From positions 4,672,001 through 4,736,000 of the forward strand of contig CBDBDQ010000005.1 in NCBI GenBank assembly GCA_965203905.1: DNA of 64,000 bases, read 5' to 3'. The notes under the pieces were generated by a model. It was not told where the DNA came from, did not search any database, and was given only the letters and a program-made list of their open reading frames with translations. Positions 1 to 8,704 of the stretch are shown here, one piece after another (the stretch's first letter is position 1; every line of letters starts with the position of its first letter). This DNA is from Spirochaetia bacterium (lineage in GTDB: Bacteria; Spirochaetota; Spirochaetia; SZUA-6; Bin103). A program made the position numbers and the translations under genes.

Positions 1-261
1 ACTGCTCCTTCGGCGGCGAAGTTGGTGGCCGATCGTGGGTCCCACGCCACCGTACCGACGCCGCCGGCAGACCAGAGCATGCCGACCGCACTGGCAGCGG
101 CGGATGGCGGTCGCAGCGCTCCTTCGCCAGCGAAGCGGGCAGGGACGGCGCAGCGGGCAGGAGCGCAGCTCGATGGCCGTTCGCGGCCGCAGGCGGCGGC
201 AGCCGGCCCCTCCGGAGGCAGCGCGCAGCCGTCCCACCGGCCGCGCCGATCCCGCTACATT
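1..261 (+). pseudogene. Truncated copy of the repeated HNH-endonuclease gene (linker region only, ends just before the HNH domain)
   Basis: Nucleotides 1-261 align by eye at roughly 85-90% with the reverse complement of 25558-25821 (GSHATVPTPPADQSMPTALA...RRSRYI). Similarity stops abruptly after RSRYI. The 5' part lies outside the window. Confidence 0.85.
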
Positions 262-296
262 AGCGTGGGATTGTCCTGAGCGCCCGTAGCGAGGGG

Positions 297-326
297 TTGA
301 CACGGCCGGCACGCCGCAGGCATGTT
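297..326 (+). promoter_or_regulatory. Putative sigma70 promoter
   Basis: Perfect -35 TTGACA at 297-302, 18-nt spacer, -10-like CATGTT at 321-326. Confidence 0.5.
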
Positions 327-330
327 GCCG

Positions 331-519
331 CTGTTCACGAGCACGTTACTGGGCCCGGGCATGGCGTCGTTGGCGGCACCCCGGGTCGGGCATCGCAAGA
401 TGCCCATGCCGACGAAACTTGATGTTGAGGAGGTAATTGTCAGTTGAGTGAAATACGTGCCGGTGTGAGGTATCACACCGGCTGACCTACCTGGGCCGCC
501 CTGCGGGGCGGCCCTTTTT
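331..519 (+). ncRNA. Candidate structured small RNA or leader containing a 13-codon sORF (444-485, MSEIRAGVRYHTG)
   Basis: Lies between a promoter and an intrinsic terminator. Hairpins at 388-405 (GCAA loop) and 459-482 (10-bp stem, GGTA loop). SD GAGGAGGT at 427-434 is 9 nt before TTG 444. Confidence 0.5.
493..519 (+). terminator. Rho-independent terminator
   Basis: GGGCCGCCC-tgcg-GGGCGGCCC followed by TTTTT. Confidence 0.8.
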
Positions 520-689
520 GCATCGGTCCCGACAGTGCCGCGGTCCCGACAGCGCCGCGCCCCACCGGTACGGAGAGCCAAGCGCCAGCCGAGCCGTCTC
601 GGTCCCGCCTTATTCGGGCGTGTCCGGAGGTGGTGAGGTCGAGCCCGCGGCGGCGGCAGCCGAGGGGCGAGGGTCTTCGGCCGGCTCGC

Positions 690-881
690 GCACTTCAGGA
701 GAAACGCATCCAGCGCCAGGACGGCGCTGTAGCCGGATCGGGCGAACAGCACGATACGGGTCTCGATCAGACTCGCAGCGCTGACATACGTGGCGGCCGC
801 CGCCTCGATCATTCGGTTGAACCGGTGCCGTTCCGGTTCATTGCCCATGATCGCTACGAGTGCCGAAGTGTCGACCACCAT
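690..881 (-). pseudogene. vapC: VapC PIN-domain toxin, 3'-truncated
   Basis: Starts MVVDTSALVAIM..EPE...VSAASLIET (PIN N-terminus) and is coupled to vapB. PIN-like sequence ends after about 63 aa and runs into low-complexity sequence. Confidence 0.75.
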
Positions 882-1135
882 CAGGTCGGAAGACCGTGCT
901 CATCGTAGCCGATGATCTGGTCGGCGCTCCTCCGGTCGCGACGCGGGAGACTGGCGCAATGCAGGGCGATGTGGTCCAGTTCGTCGGCGATACGGCTCCC
1001 GGCTCGGCTTCTCTCCACCTGCGCCAGCCGTTCCTGGATGGCCCGCTTGACCGCCTTGGTGAGAGACTCGCCGGTGAGGCCGGCAAGCCGTTTGGCCAAC
1101 GCGTGGGTATCGTCGTCCTTGATGTTCAACGGCAT
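881..1135 (-). CDS. vapB: VapB antitoxin (Rv0623-like ribbon-helix-helix family)
   Basis: MPLNIKDDDTHALAKRLAGLTGESLTKAV...IIGYDEHGLPT. Stop overlaps the vapC start. Confidence 0.85.
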   Translation of the reverse strand: MPLNIKDDDTHALAKRLAGLTGESLTKAVKRAIQERLAQVERSRAGSRIADELDHIALHCASLPRRDRRSADQIIGYDEHGLPT

Positions 1136-1568
1136 GGTCGGGTTCCTCCACGAATTATGGAGGAATGGAGGATACAATCAACCTTGCCCGGATCCGGATC
1201 GGCTCTGGCTTCCGGGTCGCGCGCAGCCGGTAGATCGGCACTCCACGATGGCTGCCGCCCGCTCGGTCTCCTGGAAATCGCTCGCCACCGCGGTGACGGC
1301 GAGAAAGTAGCGGGTGTAGAACGCCGGTCGCGCGCATCAGGACCGGCCGTCCGGAGAGCAGCGCTGCGGCGCACACGGAGGCCGGCGCGCCATTCAAGAG
1401 GAGCAGGTCGACGTTGCGCTCGCTCCCATAGGGCGGGGGCGGCGGCTCCTTTCACCGGCCGCCCGGCAAAATCCTCCAGCGCATGCACGGTGGCCTCGCC
1501 GATACGGGGGTGGCCATAGCGGCCTACTCGCTCGGGTCTACGAAGTCGACCCAAGCGTCTGCGTGCGG

Positions 1569-1766
1569 TTATAGAACGGTGAACCCCTCAGTTCCGGCTG
1601 CATCCGACAATCTTCCGTCGCTGCAGACCACCTGCAGCAGCTCGGGCGTCTTGTCCCTGGCCGTCAATGCCGCAGCAAGCTGAAGAGCGTCAGCGGCGCG
1701 GAGAGGATGAGAACTCAAGAGATTGACGACCAGGGGAACCAAAGCCGACGAATCCCAATACCGCAT
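1569..1766 (-). pseudogene. PIN-domain toxin with an in-frame internal deletion
   Basis: N-terminal MRYWDSSALVPLVV is joined directly to C-terminal HPLRAADALQLAAAL...DGRL..AA..EGF. Only 65 aa versus about 130-140 aa for a PIN domain. Confidence 0.75.
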
Positions 1767-1770
1767 CGGT

Positions 1771-2050
1771 TCACCATCCGGTGTCGCGTTCTGTTGCTAT
1801 GAGGCGGCTGGCACTCACCCCGTCTGGCAAACTCGGGTTCGGCGAGGCCAGTAGCGATTCCACATCGCCGGGCGAGGTTGGCGGCTCCACGATTCCCGAC
1901 TGTATGAGTTGTATGACGGCGCGGTAATCTCCTCTCAGATCGATGAAAAATGGCGTGATATGAGCTACCGGTTCTCCCTCATCCGCAATCAATACCGCGC
2001 CGCCGCGCGATTCTCGAGTGTAATCGTTTGCTGCCGTCAAACCTGCCGGT
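1771..2050 (-). CDS. Degenerate Phd/YefM-like antitoxin partner of the PIN gene (start uncertain)
   Basis: GAVLIADEGEPVAHITP resembles the Phd beta-strand motif, and the C-terminus ...SRLIATERDTGW ends 4 nt before the PIN start. Confidence 0.4.
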
Positions 2051-2177
2051 TCAGTGGGCGAATAACTGACAGTTGCTTCCAGAGATCCTGGCTGCTCAGA
2101 TGGCCAAGTAAAGCGTCCACCAAGTGCGCCAGTCAATGCTTCGGCCCGAATCGGACCTGGGACTGCAAGCGGAGCAC

Positions 2178-2525
2178 TCATTGGCCCAAAGTCGAGAATG
2201 GCTTCGCAGCTCCCGCGGGGCTACTCTCGCCGGCCGCATTCTTCGCGCGCAACTCCATCTCGTATTCCGTATCCGGCTTCAAACCGATGAACGTGCAAGA
2301 GGTAAGCGGTGTCTCAACGCCAACCAGCCATTCTTCAGAGCCCGACTCTCGCACCCGCACCACGTAGGTGATGTGTGGTGTAACGTCCACCTCCAACCAC
2401 TCGCTACGCATCTGTTCCGGAGGCCAAGGCAGGCATATGGCGTAAGAGTTTCCGTTCCAGACCACCGGCGGTTTGGGTCCTTTCACCATGCGAATTCGTT
2501 CTCCTTCGATCCCCCATGCGGACAT
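2178..2525 (-). CDS. Small fibronectin type III domain protein
   Basis: ITYVVRVRESGSEEW...FIGLKPDTEYEMELRAKNAAGES matches the Fn3 LxPxTxYxxxVxAxN..GxS signature. Confidence 0.7.
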   Translation of the reverse strand: MSAWGIEGERIRMVKGPKPPVVWNGNSYAICLPWPPEQMRSEWLEVDVTPHITYVVRVRESGSEEWLVGVETPLTSCTFIGLKPDTEYEMELRAKNAAGESSPAGAAKPFSTLGQ

Positions 2526-2615
2526 GCCTGGTGGCGCTCGCCAGTCAGTGTCAGGGTCCTCAATTTGGGACTGAATCCGAACGTGGAAGTCAAGAAGCGT
2601 TCTGGGGCGGACGGG

Positions 2616-3950
2616 TCAGCCGAGGCCGAGCTGGCGCAGCTTGTTGAACAGGGTGCGGCGGGTAATGCCGAGCTCTTCGGCGGCGCGCGTGCGGTTGCCC
2701 TCCCAGCGCGACAAGGAGGCCTCGATCAGGCGCCGCTCCTGCTCCTTGAGCGTGCCCCGGAGGGCGGCAGGTTCGGGTGCCACGCCCGCCGGCCCGGGCT
2801 GCGCGGCGCCGAGCTCGAGGTCGTCCGGCCCAATGGTGGCGCCCTCGGCGAAGATCACCGCCCGCTCCAGGATGTTCTCCAGCTCGCGCACGTTGCCGGG
2901 GAAGCGGTAGCCGCCCAAGACCTGCAGCGCCGCCGGACTCAGCCCCTCGATCTGGCGGCCCATCGCACGGTTGAGCCGGGTCAGGATGTGTCCGGCCAGC
3001 AACGGAAGATCCTCCAGCCGCTCACGTAACGGTGGAAGGTGGATGCGCACCACATTGAGCCGATAGTAGAGATCCTCGCGAAACCGTCCGGCGGCTACGT
3101 CCTCCTCCAGGTCCCGGTTGGTGGCGGCGACCAGGCGCGCGTCGACCGGCACCGCTGCAGTGCCGCCGAGGCGCTGGATGCGGCGCTCCTGCACCGCGCG
3201 CAGCAGCTTGACCTGGAGCTGCGGCGCCATCTCCCCGATTTCGTCCAGGAACAGGGTGCCGGCGGCGGCCAGCTCGAACATGCCGATCTTGCGCTGCGCA
3301 GCACCGGTGAAGGCGCCGCGCTCGTGGCCGAACAGCTCGCTCTCCAGCAACGCCTCGGGTATGCCCCCGGTGTTCACCGGAACGAAGGGGCCGGTACGGG
3401 CGGAGTGGTGATGCAGGGCACGTGCGGCCACCTCCTTGCCGGTACCGCTCTCGCCGGTGACCAGCACCGTCGACGGGGTCGGCGCGACCTTGCGCAGCAG
3501 GGCCTCGATCCGGACCATGGCGGCACTCTCGCCCAGCACCGGAGGCGCATCACCGGCGGCGCGGCCCGCGGCCTCGGCGTGGTCGCGCAGCGCCTGCGCC
3601 TCCACCAGCTTGGAGAGCCGCAGCACCAGCTCGTCGGGGTCGAACGGCTTCACCAGGTAGTCGCCCGCGCCCAGCTTCATCGCGGCCACGGCGTCCGCCA
3701 CCTCGCCATACGCGGAAACCATGATCACCGGCAGCCGGGGGCGCTCGGCGCGCAACCAGCGCAGCAGCTCCAACCCGTCCATGCCCGGCATCCTGAGATC
3801 GATCACGGCGGCCGCGAAGGTCTCCTGCTGCAGCCGGCGCTGCGCCGCGAGTCCGTTGTCGGCGGTCACCACCTCGGCGCCGTCAAGCTCCAGGTAGCGC
3901 TGCAACGAGTCCCGAATGTTGGGCTCGTCGTCGGCAACCAGCACCCTCAC
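2616..3950 (-). CDS. Sigma54-dependent NtrC/AtoC-family response regulator
   Basis: Receiver domain (VLVADDE, DLRMPGMDG), AAA+ motifs GESGTGKE and GAFTGA, Fis-type HTH. GTG at 3950 overlaps the kinase stop. Confidence 0.95.
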   Translation of the reverse strand: MRVLVADDEPNIRDSLQRYLELDGAEVVTADNGLAAQRRLQQETFAAAVIDLRMPGMDGLELLRWLRAERPRLPVIMVSAYGEVADAVAAMKLGAGDYLVKPFDPDELVLRLSKLVEAQALRDHAEAAGRAAGDAPPVLGESAAMVRIEALLRKVAPTPSTVLVTGESGTGKEVAARALHHHSARTGPFVPVNTGGIPEALLESELFGHERGAFTGAAQRKIGMFELAAAGTLFLDEIGEMAPQLQVKLLRAVQERRIQRLGGTAAVPVDARLVAATNRDLEEDVAAGRFREDLYYRLNVVRIHLPPLRERLEDLPLLAGHILTRLNRAMGRQIEGLSPAALQVLGGYRFPGNVRELENILERAVIFAEGATIGPDDLELGAAQPGPAGVAPEPAALRGTLKEQERRLIEASLSRWEGNRTRAAEELGITRRTLFNKLRQLGLG

Positions 3951-5188
3951 GCAGAGACCTCGACCTGTGGCAGCGTGACGCGCGCCTCGGTGCCGCCGCC
4001 GATTCGCGGCGCCAGCTCCAGGCTGCCGCCGGCCGCCTCGATGAAGCGCAGGGTGATGGGCAGCCCGATCCCGGATCCCTTCGACTTGGTGGTGAAGAAC
4101 GGATCGAACACGCGCTGAAGCTGTTCGGGCGCAATCCCGCCGCCGCGGTCGAGCACCCTCAGGGTCACCACCTTGCCGGTGGCGGTGGCGATCACCTCCA
4201 CCGGCGCGCCGTCGCCGCCACTCTCCTCGGCGTTGCGGATCAGGTTTCCCAGCGCCGAGCGCAGCCGTTCGCGGTCGAATCGCACCGCCAGGGGCGGCGC
4301 CGCAACCTCCACCAGCAGCCCGGTGTGCCGCTGCGCCAGCTCGGTCAGGAATCCGTTCACCACGACCGTTTCGGGGTTGCCGGCGGGATCGCGCAGGAAG
4401 TCGCTGATCCGGTCCGCGAGCGCCGCCAGGCGGTCCACCTCCTCGTCGATCACCTCCAGCTCCGGTGCCGCCGGCGCCCCGGTCGTGCGCCGCAGGATCG
4501 CGCTCTTGAGGCGGATCGCGCTGAGGGGATTCTTGATCTCGTGGGTGAGGGTACGTGCGGCCTCCCCCAACTGGACGAGCTGGCGCTGGGCGTCCAGCCG
4601 TCGCCGGAAGCGGGCGTTGTTGTGGACCAGCGAGGCGACTCCGCCGACCAGCCCCGCGATCAGCAGCGGGCTGGCGAGCTGGGCGGCCCACCACTGGCGC
4701 TCGGCGCGAAAGTAGTCGCTGGCATCGACCTCCAGCAGGATGAACTCGTTGCGGTCGAGGAAACCGCGCCGGCCGCGTCTTGCGTCGGGCCCGAGACGCG
4801 GGTCCTGCGGCCGCCAGCGGCGGCGGTACAGCGTCAGGCTGCCCCGATCGGGATCATACTCGAATCGATCCTCACCGCGCGCCAGCAACTCCGGATCAAG
4901 CCGCGTCGGTACGTCCCCGATGCGGATCCGCTCGACGCGGCCGGCGGCGTCGTAGGTGGCGGCGCGAATGATCGGCTCGGTAAGGGTGGTGTCCACCTCC
5001 GCGCCCGCCATGGCCTGGGCCACGATCAGGAACAGCCCCGAGGCGATGCGCTCCGCCTCGTACTGGACCAGCAGCTTGTTGCGCTCCCGCTCGCTGTGGA
5101 TGAACACCCCGGTGAGCAGGCTGAGTGCCGCGAATGCGGCGAGGGCAGCACCCGCGCCAATGAGGTTGCCCCGTGTCGCCGGTTTCAT
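3947..5188 (-). CDS. Membrane sensor histidine kinase
   Basis: Two TM segments, H-box THEIKNPL, N-box NLIRNA, DRGGGI, FFTTKSKGSGIGL. Confidence 0.95.
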   Translation of the reverse strand: MKPATRGNLIGAGAALAAFAALSLLTGVFIHSERERNKLLVQYEAERIASGLFLIVAQAMAGAEVDTTLTEPIIRAATYDAAGRVERIRIGDVPTRLDPELLARGEDRFEYDPDRGSLTLYRRRWRPQDPRLGPDARRGRRGFLDRNEFILLEVDASDYFRAERQWWAAQLASPLLIAGLVGGVASLVHNNARFRRRLDAQRQLVQLGEAARTLTHEIKNPLSAIRLKSAILRRTTGAPAAPELEVIDEEVDRLAALADRISDFLRDPAGNPETVVVNGFLTELAQRHTGLLVEVAAPPLAVRFDRERLRSALGNLIRNAEESGGDGAPVEVIATATGKVVTLRVLDRGGGIAPEQLQRVFDPFFTTKSKGSGIGLPITLRFIEAAGGSLELAPRIGGGTEARVTLPQVEVSA

Positions 5189-5371
5189 GGCCGTGGTGGC
5201 GGCACGGTCGTCCCAGCGTCGCGCCGCGGGAGCGCAGGGCAGGTGGCGGAGTGGTGGGATCGCGGCGGATGCGGATGGATCACAGCGCAGATGTTGGCAG
5301 GTTGCCGGTCACACTGCAATCGCAGGCAGCCGAAGTGCTGCCGCCGGTTGCTGTGGCCGCGGCATCGATTC

Positions 5372-5395
5372 GGGGCGGCGCCGGTGCGCCGCCCC
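5372..5395. terminator. GC-rich hairpin between the PDZ gene and the kinase gene
   Basis: GGGGCGGCGC-cggt-GCGCCGCCCC perfect 10-bp stem, with no clear U-tract on the minus strand. Confidence 0.4.
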
Positions 5396-5435
5396 CTTAC
5401 GGTGCAGCCCCGTGGGCTGCGTATGGTGCGCGCCG

Positions 5436-5978
5436 TTACGCGTCGTCGACCCGCGGCGCTACCGACTGCTGCGGTCCGAGTTGCTGCCCGCCATCGCGGC
5501 GGAAGAAGCGCCCGCCGCCGCGTTGGCCGCGGAAGTTGCGCTCGCCCCGGTCCGGGCGGCTGCGCAACTCGCCGAACGTCGCGGCGGCCTTCGAGCCCAG
5601 CGCATCCGGCCCGAACAGTATGCCGAGGTAGGGGTTGCCGTTGATCTGGCCGACGGTTGCGGTCAGGGCAACGCTGTCGTTGCCGCGGCGCACGTGGAAT
5701 TGCAGCGTGTCGTCGACGCCGTTGTCACTGATCGCGGCGAGAAAGTCGGCGCGTCCGGCGATCTCGGCACCGTCCACGCCGACGATCAGGTCGCCGCGCT
5801 GCAGGCCGGCACCAGCGGCCGGGCCGTCCGGATCCACCGATGCCACCAGGACTCCGGTCTCGTTCTCGTTGGTCCAGAGGCCGTGCCAGCTGCGCGCGGC
5901 GGCCGGCAGTGCGATCAGCGCCACGGCGACGAGCGCGGCTCCGGCGATCAGGGATCGTCTGTGCTTGCGGATGTTCAT
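5436..5978 (-). CDS. Exported single-PDZ-domain protein
   Basis: RBS GGAGGA, signal peptide MNIRKHRRSLIAGAALVAVALIALPAAA, PDZ motif GVLVASVDPDGPAAGAGLQRGDLIVGVDG. Confidence 0.85.
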   Translation of the reverse strand: MNIRKHRRSLIAGAALVAVALIALPAAARSWHGLWTNENETGVLVASVDPDGPAAGAGLQRGDLIVGVDGAEIAGRADFLAAISDNGVDDTLQFHVRRGNDSVALTATVGQINGNPYLGILFGPDALGSKAAATFGELRSRPDRGERNFRGQRGGGRFFRRDGGQQLGPQQSVAPRVDDA

Positions 5979-6080
5979 GGTATTCCTCCTCCGATGAACG
6001 TTGATGTGGTTGTCGCCGGGGATCCGTGGCAACCGGCTAGCTCGGCAGCCCCGGTATCGCGCGGCGGTTACGGAGGAATA

Positions 6081-6096
6081 AGCAGGAAGCGTGCCA
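6081..6096 (-). promoter_or_regulatory. Sigma54 (-24/-12) promoter for the PDZ gene
   Basis: Minus strand TGGCACGCTTCCTGCT = GG-N10-GC with a TGGCACG core, about 100 nt upstream of the PDZ start. Confidence 0.8.
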
Positions 6097-6336
6097 ACCG
6101 CGCCGGACGCCGCTTCTACGCGCTTCCAGCGGCGCTCGTGCGGAATGCGGGCCCGCTCATCGGGGCTGCACGACCGCCGGGGCCGGCAGTCCTTTCCCAC
6201 TTCGCAGTGAGGTTGAGAAACTCTTTCCCGGTCGCGGCCAGCGAGTGGTGAAAGCTCGCCGCCGCACGCTCACCTTCCGGTGGCTTACGGGCCCGGCGCG
6301 CTGGGGGGCTCTCGGACCGGTTGTGGCGCGGGTGCC

Positions 6337-7164
6337 TCAGCGGGCCGTGCGGCGTACGGCGGGGAGCACCAGCAGTTCGGGGAGAGAGCCGATCACGTGA
6401 TCGGGCGGCACGCCCGCGGCGGCGGCCGGCGGAGTGCCGGGGACCTCCTCGTGGGAGAACCACACCGCCCGCATACCCGCCGCGCGCGCCCCGGCGACGT
6501 CGTGCTGGAGGCTGTTGCCCACCATCAGGCAGGCACGGGCCGGCGTCCGGAACAGCCGCGCCGCGTGCAGGCAAATGCGTGGATCGGGCTTGCCGTAGCC
6601 GAGCGTCCCGGAGACCACCACGTGCTCGACCGCGGCCTCGACCCGGAGCGCGGCGAGCTTGCGATGCTGCAACTCGGGAACGCCGTTGGTGACGATGCCG
6701 ACGCGCATCCTTCGGGCCAGCTCCAGCACCACCTGGCGCGCATCCGGCACCAGTTGGAAGCGCCGGTCGGCGGCGGCGCGCAGCTCCGCCACCAGCGCCG
6801 CGGCGAGGTCGGCATCGGGTATCCCCAGCTCGTCGAGGGCGTCCGACCAGGCACCAAGCTGGTACTGGTCGCGCACCGCGCGCAGGGCGGCGAACCGCGG
6901 GTGGCTGCCGTCGAAGGTCGCCCACATCCCTTCCCAGGAACTGATTCCCACCGCCAGGGCGAACGGATGCACCGGCAGCGCCCGCCAGCGGCGGCGCGCG
7001 CAGTGGCGCAGTGCGGTCGCCAGCTCGGTGGCCGGCACGCCGTGGCGGCGCTCGGCCAGCCGCGCCGCGGCGACCAATATCCCGGGCACCGTGCGCTGCT
7101 CGTACAGCAGCGTGTCGTCCAGGTCCAGCAGCACCACCGCCGCGCCCGCGGCACCAGCGGCCAC
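6337..7164 (-). CDS. HAD-superfamily hydrolase
   Basis: LLDLDDTL motif I, IVTNG, GKPD, MVGNSLQHDVAGARAAGM. GTG overlaps the sulfatase stop. Confidence 0.9.
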   Translation of the reverse strand: MAAGAAGAAVVLLDLDDTLLYEQRTVPGILVAAARLAERRHGVPATELATALRHCARRRWRALPVHPFALAVGISSWEGMWATFDGSHPRFAALRAVRDQYQLGAWSDALDELGIPDADLAAALVAELRAAADRRFQLVPDARQVVLELARRMRVGIVTNGVPELQHRKLAALRVEAAVEHVVVSGTLGYGKPDPRICLHAARLFRTPARACLMVGNSLQHDVAGARAAGMRAVWFSHEEVPGTPPAAAAGVPPDHVIGSLPELLVLPAVRRTAR

Positions 7165-8633
7165 TACGACGGAACCCGCGCAGCGGGAGACTTCCACCAC
7201 CCGGCGGCTGCCGTCGTGCTGGTGACGAACCAGTGCTGCAGGCGATCGAGCAGCGTAGCGCGAACGTCGCGGTGGCCGGGACTGTCCCACAGGTCCTGCA
7301 GCTCGTCCGGATCGTGCTGCAGGTCGAACAGCTGCCCCTCTCCGGTGCCCAGATACTGCACCAGCTTGTGGCGCCGGTCGCGGATCATCAGCAGGTGGTC
7401 GACGCCGCGCAGCATCACGTCGGGCCCGTGCTCGGAGTACACGTAGCGGCGCGTTGGCGCGTCCGCCGCGCCCTCCAGGTGCGGCAGCAGCGACTGCGCT
7501 TCCATCCGCGGTGGCGGCTGCAGCCCGGCCAGCTCCAGCACCGTGGGGCCGATGTCGAACCACTGGGTGAGGGCGTCCACGCGCCGGCCGCCGGTGAATC
7601 GTCCCGGTGCGCTCACCACCAGCGGCACCCGCACGCTGGAGGCGTACATGTTCCACTTCTCCACCAGGCCGTGGTCGCCGAGGCAGTCGCCGTGATCGGA
7701 GGTGAAGATCACCACCGCATCGTCCAGGAAGCCGCGCTCCCGCAGCCGCGCCAGGATCCGACCCACCTGCTCGTCGATCATGGTGACGTTGGCCAGGTAG
7801 TAGGCGCGCTGGAGTTGGCGCTGCTCGACCGGGGCCAGAGGGTCGAACGCGATGGAGTCGGCGAAGCGCTCCGCCAGCCGCGCCCGCAGCGCGTCCAGGG
7901 TGGACGGCTGCGCCGCGATCTCGTCCGCGGTGGCCTCCAGCAGGGGCAGTTCCCGTTCGCGGTAGGGGAGGGTGTAGGCTTCGATCGGGTCGTAGGGCGG
8001 GTGCGGCCCCGGAAAGCCGATCTCCAGGAACAGCGGCTCGTCCGCCACCACGGGCGCGTTGTCGATCCAGCGCAGCGCCAGCTCGCCGGTGAACACGTCC
8101 GGGTGCAGCGCTTCCGGCAGGCGCCATTCGTACGCCCCCTGGCGCTGCGCCACGTCGGGCCAGTCGCGGTAGAACGGCTTCTCGGGGCGGCTCAGGCCGT
8201 GCGCCGCCAGCGCCTTGTCCCACTCGTCGTCGAACACGTGCGGGTTGCCGCTCCACAGCGGCTCCGACTGCCGGCGCTGCTTGTTCTCCACCACGAAGCG
8301 CTCATGGAAGCCGTGCATGGCGCTGTAGGGGTCCGCGTGCATCTTGCCCACGTTCACGCAGTAGTAGCCGGCGGCACGCAGATCCTCCACCCAGGTGCGC
8401 GGCCAGGGGTCGTTGTTGCGCATGGCGCCGGCGTTGTGGGGGTAGTATCCGGTGAACAGGCTGGCACGCGACGGCCCGCACGACGGCGCCGTCACGTGGC
8501 ACTGGGTAAAGGACACGCCGTCACGCACCAGGGCGTCCAGGTGCGGCGTGTCGACGTGGGGGAAGCCGAGCTCGGCCACCGTGTCGTAGCGCTGCTGGTC
8601 GGTGATGATGAGGATGATGTTGGGGCGGCTCAT
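7164..8633 (-). CDS. Formylglycine-dependent sulfatase
   Basis: RPNIILIITDQQR, CGPSRASLFTG (CxPxR), GKMH, FTSDHG. Confidence 0.95.
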   Translation of the reverse strand: MSRPNIILIITDQQRYDTVAELGFPHVDTPHLDALVRDGVSFTQCHVTAPSCGPSRASLFTGYYPHNAGAMRNNDPWPRTWVEDLRAAGYYCVNVGKMHADPYSAMHGFHERFVVENKQRRQSEPLWSGNPHVFDDEWDKALAAHGLSRPEKPFYRDWPDVAQRQGAYEWRLPEALHPDVFTGELALRWIDNAPVVADEPLFLEIGFPGPHPPYDPIEAYTLPYRERELPLLEATADEIAAQPSTLDALRARLAERFADSIAFDPLAPVEQRQLQRAYYLANVTMIDEQVGRILARLRERGFLDDAVVIFTSDHGDCLGDHGLVEKWNMYASSVRVPLVVSAPGRFTGGRRVDALTQWFDIGPTVLELAGLQPPPRMEAQSLLPHLEGAADAPTRRYVYSEHGPDVMLRGVDHLLMIRDRRHKLVQYLGTGEGQLFDLQHDPDELQDLWDSPGHRDVRATLLDRLQHWFVTSTTAAAGWWKSPAARVPS

Positions 8634-8704
8634 GCGGCGCAGCGTAGCAGCGCGCGCCGACCGCGGTCGAGCGCGCTGCACCGACGCCTTGCCCGTCCGA
8701 CGGC

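Noticed and set aside
481-496. GCTGACCTACCTGGGC resembling the 3' hairpin of a ZMP/ZTP riboswitch
   Set aside because: The conserved 5' aptamer elements are absent and there is no downstream purine or folate gene.
437-520. TTG-start ORF reading MSVE-UGA-NTCRC (UxxC-like selenopeptide)
   Set aside because: The SD-to-start spacing is only 2-4 nt, the frame runs through the terminator, and there is no recognisable fold. The TTG 444 frame fits the SD better.
524-557. 17-bp tandem repeat CGGTCCCGACAG(T/C)GCCG x2
   Set aside because: Only two units with no spacer. It is not CRISPR-like, and no CRISPR array or cas gene was seen in the window.
1126-1554. ORF between the two TA modules
   Set aside because: No recognisable motif. 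Probably a decayed fragment or shadow ORF.
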